Shown: piece by piece, positions 19,929 to 28,979 of the stretch | Position numbering within the stretch: the first letter of the stretch is position 1 | Layout: each line of letters starts with the position of its first letter | Assembly: GCA_964409875.1 (NCBI GenBank) | Contig: CAYPEN010000002.1 | Span: forward strand, 210,630 to 274,629 | DNA: 64,000 nt | Origin: an uncultured Gammaproteobacteria bacterium | GTDB lineage: Bacteria; Patescibacteriota; Microgenomatia; Levybacterales; GWA1-39-11 | Reading direction: 5' to 3' | Position numbers and translations under genes: made by a program | The notes under the pieces: model-generated | Told to the model about the DNA's origin: nothing | Database searches by the model: none | What the model saw: the letters and a program-made list of their open reading frames with translations, nothing else

Positions 19929-20689
19929 ACTCCTTAAAAAAACTTGAAAGAGCAAAATATCACCTCAATATACTTACTCAGGAAGTAAAAGAATTTATTC
20001 AAAGCCAACCATACAAAATTTACACTACCGAAGAAGCTAATGGAGATCTGGTTTACAGATTGAAAACTATTAAGCCTGTTCCAGAAGAGTGGAGTTTAAC
20101 AATTGGAGACATAATACATAATCTTCGTTCATCCCTGGATCTTCTGATTTCAGATCTCCTGATAAAGAATGGCAAACATCCTGATAATAGAAGTGCGTTT
20201 CCAATTTATGAAACTGAGACAGAATTGTTAAAAGATTCTCAACACAGAATTACTGGAATAACTCCAGCAGCTCGAAAAGTCATTTCCAAGATTAAACCAT
20301 ACAAAGGACGAAACCAGATACTTTGGAAGCTACATAAACTTGATATTCTTGATAAACATAAACTAATTATTCCCGTAGGATCTGCATCGAGAAGTGTAGG
20401 AATTGATTTTAATTCCTTATTGCACACTCAGGGATTTTCAAGAGATGTAAAGTTACCTCCAATTTTTATTAGACCTGCTGACACACAATTTCCATTAAAA
20501 GATGGTATGGGATTATTTTCTATATTAAAACAGGCTCGGACAGGAGGTGAGCCGCCTCCACATTCGTTTGCTTTTGATATTGCATTTGGTGAAGGAGATT
20601 TAGTAAAGGGCGAGCCTATTATAGAAACATTAAATTCGTTTGTTATAGAAGTAGAGAGTATATTAAATAAGTTCAAAAAATTACTGTAG
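19925..20689 (+). CDS. Hypothetical HEPN-like protein (DKH type)
   Basis: KLERAKYHL, GDIIHNLRSSLD, LHKLDILDKHK; ATGA overlap. Confidence 0.65.
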   Translation: MNSLKKLERAKYHLNILTQEVKEFIQSQPYKIYTTEEANGDLVYRLKTIKPVPEEWSLTIGDIIHNLRSSLDLLISDLLIKNGKHPDNRSAFPIYETETELLKDSQHRITGITPAARKVISKIKPYKGRNQILWKLHKLDILDKHKLIIPVGSASRSVGIDFNSLLHTQGFSRDVKLPPIFIRPADTQFPLKDGMGLFSILKQARTGGEPPPHSFAFDIAFGEGDLVKGEPIIETLNSFVIEVESILNKFKKLL

Positions 20690-20754
20690 TTTGTGGAGAG
20701 ATAAGGAATCCTATTATTTCTTTGTTTGCCTGGAAACACATACCCCCTCCAGTA

Positions 20755-20868
20755 TCATGATAAACTCATGGGGTTTACATGAGCTTCTACAGTAGGTAAT
20801 ACTGGGATGCTTACATAATCTTTGGTGGTGGTGTAATATGTTCGCATCTGCTCCATGAGGGAGAGCAA
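20755..20868 (-). other. attR carrying the displaced C-terminal coding segment of the recombinase
   Basis: Reads LL|SLMEQMRTYYTTTKDYVSIPVLPTVEAHVNPMSLS*; the GAGCAA core is in the same codon phase as at attL. Confidence 0.75.
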
Positions 20869-20870
20869 TT

Positions 20871-20902
20871 AAAAAAGTCGGGTTTTATACTCAGCTTTTT
20901 TT
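20871..20902 (+). terminator. Imperfect intrinsic terminator, probably the original tRNA-Asn terminator
   Basis: AAAAAAGTCGGGT-TTTAT-ACTCAGCTTTTTTT immediately after the attR core. Confidence 0.55.
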
Positions 20903-20955
20903 GTTGTTTGGTAAGACTCTTTATCATGCCTTATTAATTTGATATCTTTAAACAT

Positions 20956-21387
20956 ATGACAACATTAAATCCTTGGATAAATTTCAATGGGAATGCGGAA
21001 GAGGCATTTACTTTTTATCAATCTGTTTTTGGTGGAGAGTTTACAAAAATAGTGCGTTTCAAAGATATCGCAAGCGATGAAGTGAAAATCGATGAAAAAG
21101 AAGAAAATAAAATAATGTATATTGCTCTGCCTATCGGAGACAATACAATACTCATAGCCAACGATGTCCCGGAGGCTCTGGGGGTAGTCAACGAGCATGA
21201 AAATCGAAGCAAAATTTTGGTAAGTACTCAAAGTCGCGAAGAAGCTGATAGATTGTTTAATGGCTTGTCGGTTGATGGAGAAGTAGAGGGAAGCATGGGA
21301 GACAGTCCGTGGGGCACATACGCGGGGATGTTTCGGGATAAATACGGCATTGAGTGGATAATAGAATTTTCTTCTGATAAAAAATAG
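20956..21387 (+). CDS. VOC/PhnB-family protein
   Basis: LNPWINFNGNAEEAFTFY...PWGTYAGMFRDKYGIEW. Confidence 0.88.
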   Translation: MTTLNPWINFNGNAEEAFTFYQSVFGGEFTKIVRFKDIASDEVKIDEKEENKIMYIALPIGDNTILIANDVPEALGVVNEHENRSKILVSTQSREEADRLFNGLSVDGEVEGSMGDSPWGTYAGMFRDKYGIEWIIEFSSDKK

Positions 21388-21475
21388 TCTTTCAAAGACT
21401 GTTTCTTCTCTGAGTATAAAATCAGTAGTGACTGGTATCACATCGTTTTTTATCCTGCTGAACTATAAATAAATT

Positions 21476-21844
21476 ATGGATATCTCAACTTTCTTGGCAA
21501 GATTTTGGGGAAGCCTTTTTATAATCCTTGGGTTATCAACGGTCCTCAAAGGTTTTTTGGGGAAGGTAATTGTCTACACGGAAGACAGGACCATTACTGT
21601 CTCGACGGGGTATATTACTTTTTTGCTGGGACTTGCTACTGTTGTTGCCCACAATGTATGGGTTATGGACTGGAGGATTACTATCACAGTCTTGGGATGG
21701 ACGACTTTATTTAAAGGCATTGAGAAGGTTGTGTTTCCCAATCGCATTAACAAAGTGGCACAAAAATTTAAAGGTAGTCAATCTATTTGGGGACTTGTCA
21801 TTCTACTTATTGGCACCTGGTTCTTCTGGATGAGTTTTCTGTAA
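21476..21844 (+). CDS. 4-TM membrane protein
   Basis: Hydrophobic; HNVW...LGW motif. Confidence 0.8.
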   Translation: MDISTFLARFWGSLFIILGLSTVLKGFLGKVIVYTEDRTITVSTGYITFLLGLATVVAHNVWVMDWRITITVLGWTTLFKGIEKVVFPNRINKVAQKFKGSQSIWGLVILLIGTWFFWMSFL

Positions 21845-21890
21845 ATTACCCGTTTGAGCACGCTGTTTCACCCTTTGTTATACTGTCAAA

Positions 21891-22205
21891 ATGAGCCTTA
21901 GCAACATCGCAAATGAACCACACACAGTTATAGCACGTGTTTGGCAGTGGGAGGGGGACGGAGCGTGGCATTTTATAACCATCGAAATTGAACAGGCGTT
22001 AGAGATAAAAAAGGATTGGCACTGGCCCCGCCGGGGATTCGTCTCTATTCCAATTGAAGCAACTCTTGGGGCAACCACATGGAACACGTCAATATTTCCG
22101 GAAAAAGGAGGAACATTTGTACTTCCCCTCAAAAAAGCAGTACGGGAAAAAGAAGGTGTGGTTGTCGGCAAAACAATCACACTTTCCCTTACTGTTCTCT
22201 CTTAG
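21891..22205 (+). CDS. DUF1905-like protein
   Basis: GAWHFI...WNTSIFP...LPLKKAVREKEG. Confidence 0.78.
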   Translation: MSLSNIANEPHTVIARVWQWEGDGAWHFITIEIEQALEIKKDWHWPRRGFVSIPIEATLGATTWNTSIFPEKGGTFVLPLKKAVREKEGVVVGKTITLSLTVLS

Positions 22206-22232
22206 CTTTACACCAGTGGTATACTAAAAGGT

Positions 22233-22631
22233 ATGAAACAATCCCCCGTTGTACATTTCGAAATGCCCGCAAAAGACAAAGCGCGGGTTAGTAAATTTTA
22301 TACCGAGGCATTCGGTTGGCAAATGAACCAACTCGGTGAGGATATGGGAGGGTATGTTCTCGCCGGGACTACACCTGTTGATGAAAATATGATGGCTATA
22401 AATCCGGGAGCAATTAACGGCGGGTTTTTTGAATACAAAGACGAGGACGGATTTAATGCTCCGCATGTTGTTATTCAAGTTGAGAATTTAGATGAGTCAA
22501 TTGAAGCTGTTAAGCATGCAGGCGGAACCGTAACCGGCGAGAAGATGCCAATCCAAGGAATAGGTATGTATGTTTCGATAAAAGACAGCGAAGGAAATAA
22601 CGTCGGCATGCTCCAGCCCGACAGACCATAA
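22233..22631 (+). CDS. VOC/glyoxalase-family protein
   Basis: VVHFEMPA...FYTEAFGW...INGG...DSEGN. Confidence 0.88.
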   Translation: MKQSPVVHFEMPAKDKARVSKFYTEAFGWQMNQLGEDMGGYVLAGTTPVDENMMAINPGAINGGFFEYKDEDGFNAPHVVIQVENLDESIEAVKHAGGTVTGEKMPIQGIGMYVSIKDSEGNNVGMLQPDRP

Positions 22632-22641
22632 CTACTTCCCC

Positions 22642-22793
22642 ATGAAAATTAATGCTGAGTGGCATAAGGCAAATCGGATGCCAAAAAACCAACAGAGCAA
22701 GAAAGGGCCACGTGGCACATAGAACATCAGATTAAATGCTCCTGCCGACAACCATCGGAACAAGAAAAAGCTTTAATTGAAAAATATAAATAA
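22642..22793 (+). pseudogene. Frameshifted small His/Cys-rich protein
   Basis: MKINAEWHKANRMPK, then a frame change in CCAAAAAACC (22681-22690) to PTEQERATWHIEHQIKCSCRQP...KYK*. Confidence 0.6.
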
Positions 22794-22801
22794 CTTTAAG
22801 A

Positions 22802-23221
22802 CTAAACTGCAGCAAAGAGTCTTTTTACGACAGTTCTTGGAACCATCGGTAACGCCATTAAAAATCCAATAAGTACCGGCACTCCCCACATGATGTGTAG
22901 CCAATGAACCGTGTGAAGAATAATAATTTCAACCGTAAACCAAATAATAAATCCGCCCATAGACAAAATGGCAAATAGCCAACTGAATTTTGTTTTGTGA
23001 AGGACTTCAAAAAAGGCACTGACAGTAAGAATTCCCATTCCTGTTAGAATAAGTCCGGGAATAAGAAAGTCGGGGAAAAAACCATTCATAATGTCTGAAG
23101 ACATTTTCATAATATGACCATCGGGAGCAAAGGTGAGAAGAGTTCCACCGGTAATCCCACCCCAACCCTCATAAGCAAGGATTAAAAGAAGAATTATCCG
23201 CTGCCAAGTTGTTTGTCTCAT
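22802..23221 (-). CDS. 4-TM membrane protein
   Basis: Hydrophobic; PDG...FPDFLIPGLIL. Confidence 0.8.
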   Translation of the reverse strand: MRQTTWQRIILLLILAYEGWGGITGGTLLTFAPDGHIMKMSSDIMNGFFPDFLIPGLILTGMGILTVSAFFEVLHKTKFSWLFAILSMGGFIIWFTVEIIILHTVHWLHIMWGVPVLIGFLMALPMVPRTVVKRLFAAV

Positions 23222-23313
23222 ACAACATATATTAAAACGGAAAGTATCAACATCTCAGTGACGCATGTCACAATGCCTTGATTTTAGACTTGCAATACGA
23301 TACCATTCCCACC

Positions 23314-23955
23314 ATGCCTGCTGAAAAAACAGGAAAACTTATTGTATTGACGGGACCCACTGCCTCAGGAAAATCCCATATAAGCTCTGTTCTTGAAAGA
23401 GAGCATGGAGTAACTGTCGCAGTATCGGCAACAACAAGAAAATTACGCCGTGGTGAACGGTGGGGAAAAGATTATTACTTTCTGACAAGAACTCGCTTTG
23501 AAAGAGAAATTACCGAGGGGAAATATCTTGAATGGAATGAGTATGCGGGAAATCTCTATGGAACAAGAAAAAGCGAAATAGAACCCGTCTTAGAAGGAAA
23601 CCATGTTATAACAACGACAGAAATTGAGGGAGCATCAAATTTTCGGAACAATATCATGAAAGCATACGATGATGATTGGGAAATGCGTGATGCCCTATTG
23701 GAAAGTCTGACAACAGTTTTTTTGGGTGTAGAAAATGGATTTGTCATAAAAGACCGATTTTTTAAGAGGGCGGGGAAAGGAAGTTCTGGCAACATGGATA
23801 TGCGTGATAATTTTAGAAGGCGAGCAAGACGGGATTGGCAAGACTGGAAGGAGCACGGTCATACATTTGATCATATTGTGGTAAATAATGGCCCAATTGA
23901 GCTTGCTGTTGGGCAAGTTTTGCAAATCCTGAACCCTTCCCCGCATAACATTTAA
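23314..23955 (+). CDS. Divergent guanylate-kinase-like protein
   Basis: GPTASGKS, SATTRKLRRGE..GKDYYF, EWNEYAGNLYGT. Confidence 0.8.
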   Translation: MPAEKTGKLIVLTGPTASGKSHISSVLEREHGVTVAVSATTRKLRRGERWGKDYYFLTRTRFEREITEGKYLEWNEYAGNLYGTRKSEIEPVLEGNHVITTTEIEGASNFRNNIMKAYDDDWEMRDALLESLTTVFLGVENGFVIKDRFFKRAGKGSSGNMDMRDNFRRRARRDWQDWKEHGHTFDHIVVNNGPIELAVGQVLQILNPSPHNI

Positions 23956-23996
23956 CCCTTGACTTAATTAAGTGAATGGTTTATTATATCCTTAAT

Positions 23997-24299
23997 ATGG
24001 ACATTTATACAGCGCTCGCAGAACCGAATAGACGGCGCATTATAGAGCTAATCGCCCAAAAAGGAAGCCTTAACGCAACGGATATTTCCGACAAATTCGA
24101 TATCACGCCACCTGCAATTTCCCAGCATTTAAAAGTATTACGAGAATCACAGCTCGTGCAAATGGAAAAGGTTGCTCAGAGAAGAATTTATAGAATTAAC
24201 GCCGATAAATTGAGCGAGATAGAAGAGTGGATTCAGAAATTAAAAAAAGTTTGGAACGAACGGTTTGACAGACTTGACAAAATTCTTACCGAAAAATAA
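23997..24299 (+). CDS. ArsR-family regulator
   Basis: ALAEPNRRRIIELI...AISQHLKVLRES. Confidence 0.9.
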   Translation: MDIYTALAEPNRRRIIELIAQKGSLNATDISDKFDITPPAISQHLKVLRESQLVQMEKVAQRRIYRINADKLSEIEEWIQKLKKVWNERFDRLDKILTEK

Positions 24300-24301
24300 A
24301 C

Positions 24302-24745
24302 ATGGTACATCACGCAACATTTACAATAGAAAGAGAGTTTGATGCTCCTGTTGAAAAAGTGTTTTCGGCTTTTTCGGATCTGGAAAAGAAGAAAATGTGG
24401 TTTTTTGGACCAGAGGGGGAAGATGAGCAAATGATGGATTTCCGAGTTGGCGGCATTGAAACATCGAGCGGAAAAATTCACGGAATTGTTCATGAATTTA
24501 AAGCGATGTACTATGACATCGTCCCCAATGAGCGGATAATTTTCGTTTATGATATGTTTGTAAACAATATGCATTTCTCTGTTTCACTTACTTCAGTTGA
24601 ATTTGAAAATATCGGAAGTAAAACAAAACTTATGTTTACAGAACAAGATATGTTCTTATCCGAAGAAGATACAGTTGAAGGAAGAAAGAAGGGAACAGAA
24701 GATCTCATGGATCAATTACAAAAATTTGTAGAAGTTAAAAAATGA
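24302..24745 (+). CDS. SRPBCC/AHSA1-domain protein
   Basis: FTIEREFDAPVEKVF...DFRVGG...DIVPNERI. Confidence 0.88.
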   Translation: MVHHATFTIEREFDAPVEKVFSAFSDLEKKKMWFFGPEGEDEQMMDFRVGGIETSSGKIHGIVHEFKAMYYDIVPNERIIFVYDMFVNNMHFSVSLTSVEFENIGSKTKLMFTEQDMFLSEEDTVEGRKKGTEDLMDQLQKFVEVKK

Positions 24746-25158
24746 AAGACAACGCTATTACAATTCAAGCAACAGTAAGTGCTCCAATTGAGAAAGTATG
24801 GGAATATTGGAACAATCCCACACGCATTTCAGGATGGGCATTTGCTTCGGACGATTGGATGGCCGAAGGGAAAGAAAATGATCTTCGGATGGGGGGAACA
24901 TTTAAAACTAAAATGGCGGCAAAAGACGGAAGCGCGGAATTTGAATTCGGAGGAACCTACACTGCAATAGACAAAAACAAAATCATCGAATACGACATGA
25001 GAGACGGTAGACACGTTAAAACCGTTTTTAAAGAAACCCCCGGGGGCGTAAAAATCACCGAGACATTTGATCCCGAAAACGAGAACACATTGGAAATGCA
25101 ACGGGAAGGTTGGCAGGCAATTCTTGATAATTTTAAAAAATATACGGAGAGTAGGTAA
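24742..25158 (+). CDS. SRPBCC/AHSA1-domain protein
   Basis: APIEKVW...ASDDW...MQREGWQAILDNFKKY. Confidence 0.88.
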   Translation: MKDNAITIQATVSAPIEKVWEYWNNPTRISGWAFASDDWMAEGKENDLRMGGTFKTKMAAKDGSAEFEFGGTYTAIDKNKIIEYDMRDGRHVKTVFKETPGGVKITETFDPENENTLEMQREGWQAILDNFKKYTESR

Positions 25159-25163
25159 TAATA

Positions 25164-25670
25164 ATGGAAAACGTTGGGGTAAAAATTGAAAGAGTTTTTA
25201 ATGCACCGCGCGAAAAAGTATGGCAGGCATGGACAACTCCTGAAATGGTCATGAAGTGGTGGGGACCTGAAGGATTCACTGCACCGTCTGCAACAGTCGA
25301 CTTTCGGGTTGGCGGTAAATATATTTATGCGATGCATGGACCCGAAGGCTCCGAGTGGGACAGGGATATGTACTCTGCCGGCATTTACAAAGAGATAGTG
25401 CCGAATGAAAAAATTGTCGTTACAGATTATTTTTCGGATAAGGATGGGAATAAAATTAAACCTTCGGATGAGGGGATGGATGTGAATTTTCCCGATGAAA
25501 TGACAGTCACTGTCCTTTTTGAAGAAGTCGAGAATGGTAAAACTAAACTTTCAATTGTTTATCCAAAACCGGAGACAGAAGAGCAACTGCAGGCGATGAT
25601 AAAGTCAGGCATGAACGACGGATGGAATTCAAGCCTCAACAAACTGGAAGAAGCACTAAAACAAATTTAA
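25164..25670 (+). CDS. SRPBCC/AHSA1-domain protein
   Basis: ERVFNAPREKVWQAWT...WWGP...GWNSSLNKL. Confidence 0.88.
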   Translation: MENVGVKIERVFNAPREKVWQAWTTPEMVMKWWGPEGFTAPSATVDFRVGGKYIYAMHGPEGSEWDRDMYSAGIYKEIVPNEKIVVTDYFSDKDGNKIKPSDEGMDVNFPDEMTVTVLFEEVENGKTKLSIVYPKPETEEQLQAMIKSGMNDGWNSSLNKLEEALKQI

Positions 25671-25776
25671 ATGTTTTACAGAAAAAGAGGTGAACAAATA
25701 TAAATAACACAAAAACAAAAAATAAGAACTATTTGCTACTCCCGGAACCTTGTTTTTTGTTTGTGTTAATAAGAAT

Positions 25777-26238
25777 ATGAAACAAAAAATTACGCCGTTT
25801 CTCTGGTTTGATAAAGGAAAAGCACGGGAAGCGGCACAATTCTACTCTGAAGTTTTTAGGGACGTAAAAATTGCAAACCCCGAAATGCTTTCCGATACTC
25901 CTTCGGGAGATGTTGAAATCATTTTGATAGAAATTTTTGGACAACAGTTTACTCTTATGGGTGCAGGTTCTGAATTTAAATTCAATGAGTCGGTTTCATT
26001 TGTTATCGACTGCGATGGACAAGAAGAGGTGGATTATTACTGGAACGCTTTAACAAATGGCGGTGAAGAAAGCCAATGCGGATGGTTGAAAGATAAGTTT
26101 GGACTTTCTTGGCAAGTTATCCCAAAGCAACTAAATGAGCTTATGGCAAAAGACGCATCAGGACAAGTCATGCAATGCATGCTGGGTCAAAAGAAAATTA
26201 TCATTTCAGAACTTGAGAAAGCATATGAATCAGCTTAA
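25777..26238 (+). CDS. VOC/PhnB-like (3-demethylubiquinone-9 methyltransferase family) protein
   Basis: KITPFLWFD...QEEVDYYW...CGWLKDKFGLSWQV. Confidence 0.88.
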   Translation: MKQKITPFLWFDKGKAREAAQFYSEVFRDVKIANPEMLSDTPSGDVEIILIEIFGQQFTLMGAGSEFKFNESVSFVIDCDGQEEVDYYWNALTNGGEESQCGWLKDKFGLSWQVIPKQLNELMAKDASGQVMQCMLGQKKIIISELEKAYESA

Positions 26239-26584
26239 GTCAGTCGATAGCTATATCCTATCTTTCCCGGAAGATGTTCAGAGGAACTTACAAAAAATAA
26301 GAAATACGGTTAAAAATCTTCTGCCAAAAGCAACCGAGACAATTTCGTACGGCATTCCGACAGTTAAACTGAATGGGAAAAATGTGGTTCATTACGCAGC
26401 TTTTAAAAATCACTATAGTTTTTTTCCTACAGCAAGCGGAGTGGAAGCTTTTAAAAAAGAGTTGTTGATGTATGAAGTTTCAAAAGGCACCATTCAATTT
26501 CCAAAAGACAAACCAATACCGTTTGATTTGATAAGTAAAATAACCGTGTTCAGAAAAGAGCAGATAGAAAGAGTTAATAAATGA
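26225..26584 (+). CDS. DUF1801/YdhG-like protein
   Basis: VDSYI...ETISYGIP...SKGTIQFP. Confidence 0.85.
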   Translation: MNQLKSVDSYILSFPEDVQRNLQKIRNTVKNLLPKATETISYGIPTVKLNGKNVVHYAAFKNHYSFFPTASGVEAFKKELLMYEVSKGTIQFPKDKPIPFDLISKITVFRKEQIERVNK

Positions 26585-26596
26585 TATGATAAATAG

Positions 26597-27016
26597 ATGC
26601 ATGGACCACTTTTCTCAACCATAACCTTATTCACCGAGCTTCTTGTTTCCGCTGCAGTTTATTTCACAATTTACAAAGGGTACCGCCATAATAAATTCCC
26701 CACAAAAATAGCGTTTTCTGCACTTGCATATGAGACCTTATTTAATATTTCTTACATGTTCTCGCGCGTCCCTTCCCATGCTAAAGCTGCAAAAGCAACA
26801 CCTCCTTTATTAATACTTCTTGCTGTTGTTCATGGAATTTTGTCCCTCGTAATGTTCATTGCTCTTATTATTTTTTTTGTTTTGGCGTATAGAAGCTATA
26901 AAAAAGAGAAGAATTATTTTTATGAACACAAAAAACTTACCTATATATTTTTATTCTTTTGGACATTTTCAATTATAAGCGGTGTGCTATTTTATTGTCT
27001 TGAATACGGGATATAG
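26597..27016 (+). CDS. Membrane protein (DUF420-like)
   Basis: Four TMs with HG motif. Confidence 0.65.
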   Translation: MHGPLFSTITLFTELLVSAAVYFTIYKGYRHNKFPTKIAFSALAYETLFNISYMFSRVPSHAKAAKATPPLLILLAVVHGILSLVMFIALIIFFVLAYRSYKKEKNYFYEHKKLTYIFLFFWTFSIISGVLFYCLEYGI

Positions 27017-27800
27017 ATTGTTCCACCCGCAATGCATCCTTATAGCCAAAATCCCCAATTTTTGTTCTTTGTATTGAAAGGCAAAAGGCAGGACAATTAA
27101 GACTTTCCCCCAAATCTGAGGCAAAACGACGGACATAAGTGCCTGCCGAACAGGTAATTTCAAGCTCTATAAGAGCAAATTCGCAAGAAGCTTCCTTTTT
27201 GTAAACATCTTCCCATGCGGCAAGAATTTTCTCTTGCCGGAAATTTCCCTCAACCTTTTTTATTCTCTTGTTCACGTGTTGAAATAATCTCGCAAAAGAG
27301 ATTGTCTTATATGAGTTAATGTTGATTTTTTTTATTTCAATTTCTCTTGTGGGTATCGCAATTTCCTTTAGCCTTTCCTGCCGTGCCCACCAGAAAAGCG
27401 GCTTACCACTAACTGTTTTTGAAGAGTAGGGCGGATACAGCTGTTTCTGTTTTCCAATGAAATACTTAAGCGACGCAGCCACTTCATTTTCTTCCGGGAT
27501 ATTCCCGTGTATGTTTTCTACCATTCCGAGCGCATCGAATGTGTCAGTAGAAATTCCCAAGACAATTTCTGTTTTGTATTCTTTGGAGAGATTTTCATAT
27601 GCTTTGCGGTTTTTGTTTTCCTCGCCTACAAGTAAAAGCAGAATTCCTTCAGCCATAGGGTCAAGTCTTCCGGCGTAAGAAATTTTTTTAGATTTAAGAT
27701 GTGGGTATCTCTCTTTCAATTTTTTAACGGCCCAGAGGGGAGTTTTTCCTAATGGCTTTATAACCGGTACTGCTTTACCATCATTAATCAAATCATTCAT
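26973..27800 (-). CDS. truB: tRNA pseudouridine(55) synthase TruB-like
   Basis: YAGRLDPMAEG, STDTFD, YPPYSS, CSAGTYVR. Confidence 0.88.
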   Translation of the reverse strand: MNDLINDGKAVPVIKPLGKTPLWAVKKLKERYPHLKSKKISYAGRLDPMAEGILLLLVGEENKNRKAYENLSKEYKTEIVLGISTDTFDALGMVENIHGNIPEENEVAASLKYFIGKQKQLYPPYSSKTVSGKPLFWWARQERLKEIAIPTREIEIKKININSYKTISFARLFQHVNKRIKKVEGNFRQEKILAAWEDVYKKEASCEFALIELEITCSAGTYVRRFASDLGESLNCPAFCLSIQRTKIGDFGYKDALRVEQSISRIQDNKIAHRL

Positions 27801-27848
27801 AAGAAACGAATCGTATCACAGAGGGATGAGAAATAAAATAAAGAAAGG

Positions 27849-28106
27849 CTATGACTTTGCGCTTAATCGTGCAAGCTTAATGTGGGTTGCAATGATGCCA
27901 GACATTACGAATCCAAGATAGATAAGCCCGGTAAAGCATGCAGACACGAGATGCGATGGGGTAACCATAACCAAATAAGATCCGGTCACAAAGGTCAGGC
28001 CCACCCATACATATGAAGAGAGGAGTTTTGTCTTGGAGGGATGAAGAAAAGTGTATCCGGTGAAGACAATGCTTGAAATGGCAATAATAATATGAATTAA
28101 CAACAT
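27849..28106 (-). CDS. Small 3-TM protein at the end of the cyo operon
   Basis: MLLIHIIIAISS...; hydrophobic, 85 aa. Confidence 0.7.
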   Translation of the reverse strand: MLLIHIIIAISSIVFTGYTFLHPSKTKLLSSYVWVGLTFVTGSYLVMVTPSHLVSACFTGLIYLGFVMSGIIATHIKLARLSAKS

Positions 28107-28122
28107 ATTAAAAGTATATACA

Positions 28123-28974
28123 TTAATGCAAGACCATATCAAGAGACAGCATGAGAGAAAACATAAGAAGCGTAATTAGGGAGAATCCGAACATTTTCCT
28201 CGCCCACCTGACACTATCTTCCATTTTAAAACCTTTCACTCCCATAAATACCCAGTACAGTGCGAGAAAAACCATAACAGAAAAGAAGACATAACCGGTT
28301 ACCCCTTTTACTAGAAGCATCACAATAAAACACGCATAAAGAACAGAAAAAATCACCATGTGTTTTTTAACAGTAATAGGCGTGCTTACCACTGACATGA
28401 CAGGTAAATGTGCGTTTTTATAATCATCGTGCCGGAAAATTGAAATGGCATAAAAGTGTGGCATTTGCCAGACAACCATTGTCATAAATAACAACATTGC
28501 TCCCACATCAAAAACTCCTGTTACCGCGCAGTATCCGACAACCAACGGTATTGCGCCGGGTATGCTTCCAACAAGCGTACTGTAGCGCGAATGTCTCTTA
28601 AAATATCCGTACACAAAAACATAAAAAACGAATCCTGTCAGGGCCAGAAGGGTAGACAGAAGGTTCGTACCGAAATATAAAATAAGAAATCCCATCACTC
28701 CCAAAAAGGAACCGTAAATAAGCGCGTTCTTGCGGGAAACACTCCCTACAACAAGAGCACGTTTTTTTGTACGGGACATCAAGGCATCGATTCTTCTGTC
28801 CATATAATTGTTAAAAACGCATCCAGACGCAATTACAAGAGCGATACCAACGGTCACGGAGAGAAACAACATCCAATCAATCGTGCCTTTTGAAGCTAGC
28901 AAAAAACCACCTATTGTCGTGATAAGGTTTCCCATAATAATTCCCGGTTTTGTAAGCGTAATGTATTCTTTCAT
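28123..28974 (-). CDS. cyoE: Protoheme IX farnesyltransferase
   Basis: LTKPGII, NNYMDRRIDALMSRT, WQMPHFYAI. Confidence 0.95.
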   Translation of the reverse strand: MKEYITLTKPGIIMGNLITTIGGFLLASKGTIDWMLFLSVTVGIALVIASGCVFNNYMDRRIDALMSRTKKRALVVGSVSRKNALIYGSFLGVMGFLILYFGTNLLSTLLALTGFVFYVFVYGYFKRHSRYSTLVGSIPGAIPLVVGYCAVTGVFDVGAMLLFMTMVVWQMPHFYAISIFRHDDYKNAHLPVMSVVSTPITVKKHMVIFSVLYACFIVMLLVKGVTGYVFFSVMVFLALYWVFMGVKGFKMEDSVRWARKMFGFSLITLLMFSLMLSLDMVLH

Positions 28975-28979
28975 TGAAA

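Larger units (their letters stand above)
5729..20868. mobile_element. ~15.1-kb integrative element inserted at the tRNA-Asn 3' end
   Basis: Serine recombinase at the left edge; GAGCAA core repeated at 5729-5734 and 20863-20868; in-frame recombinase C-terminus next to the right core; visibly more AT-rich; accessory cargo. Confidence 0.82.

Noticed and set aside
5729-20868. Prophage interpretation of the island
   Set aside because: No terminase, capsid, portal, tail or lysis genes are recognisable.
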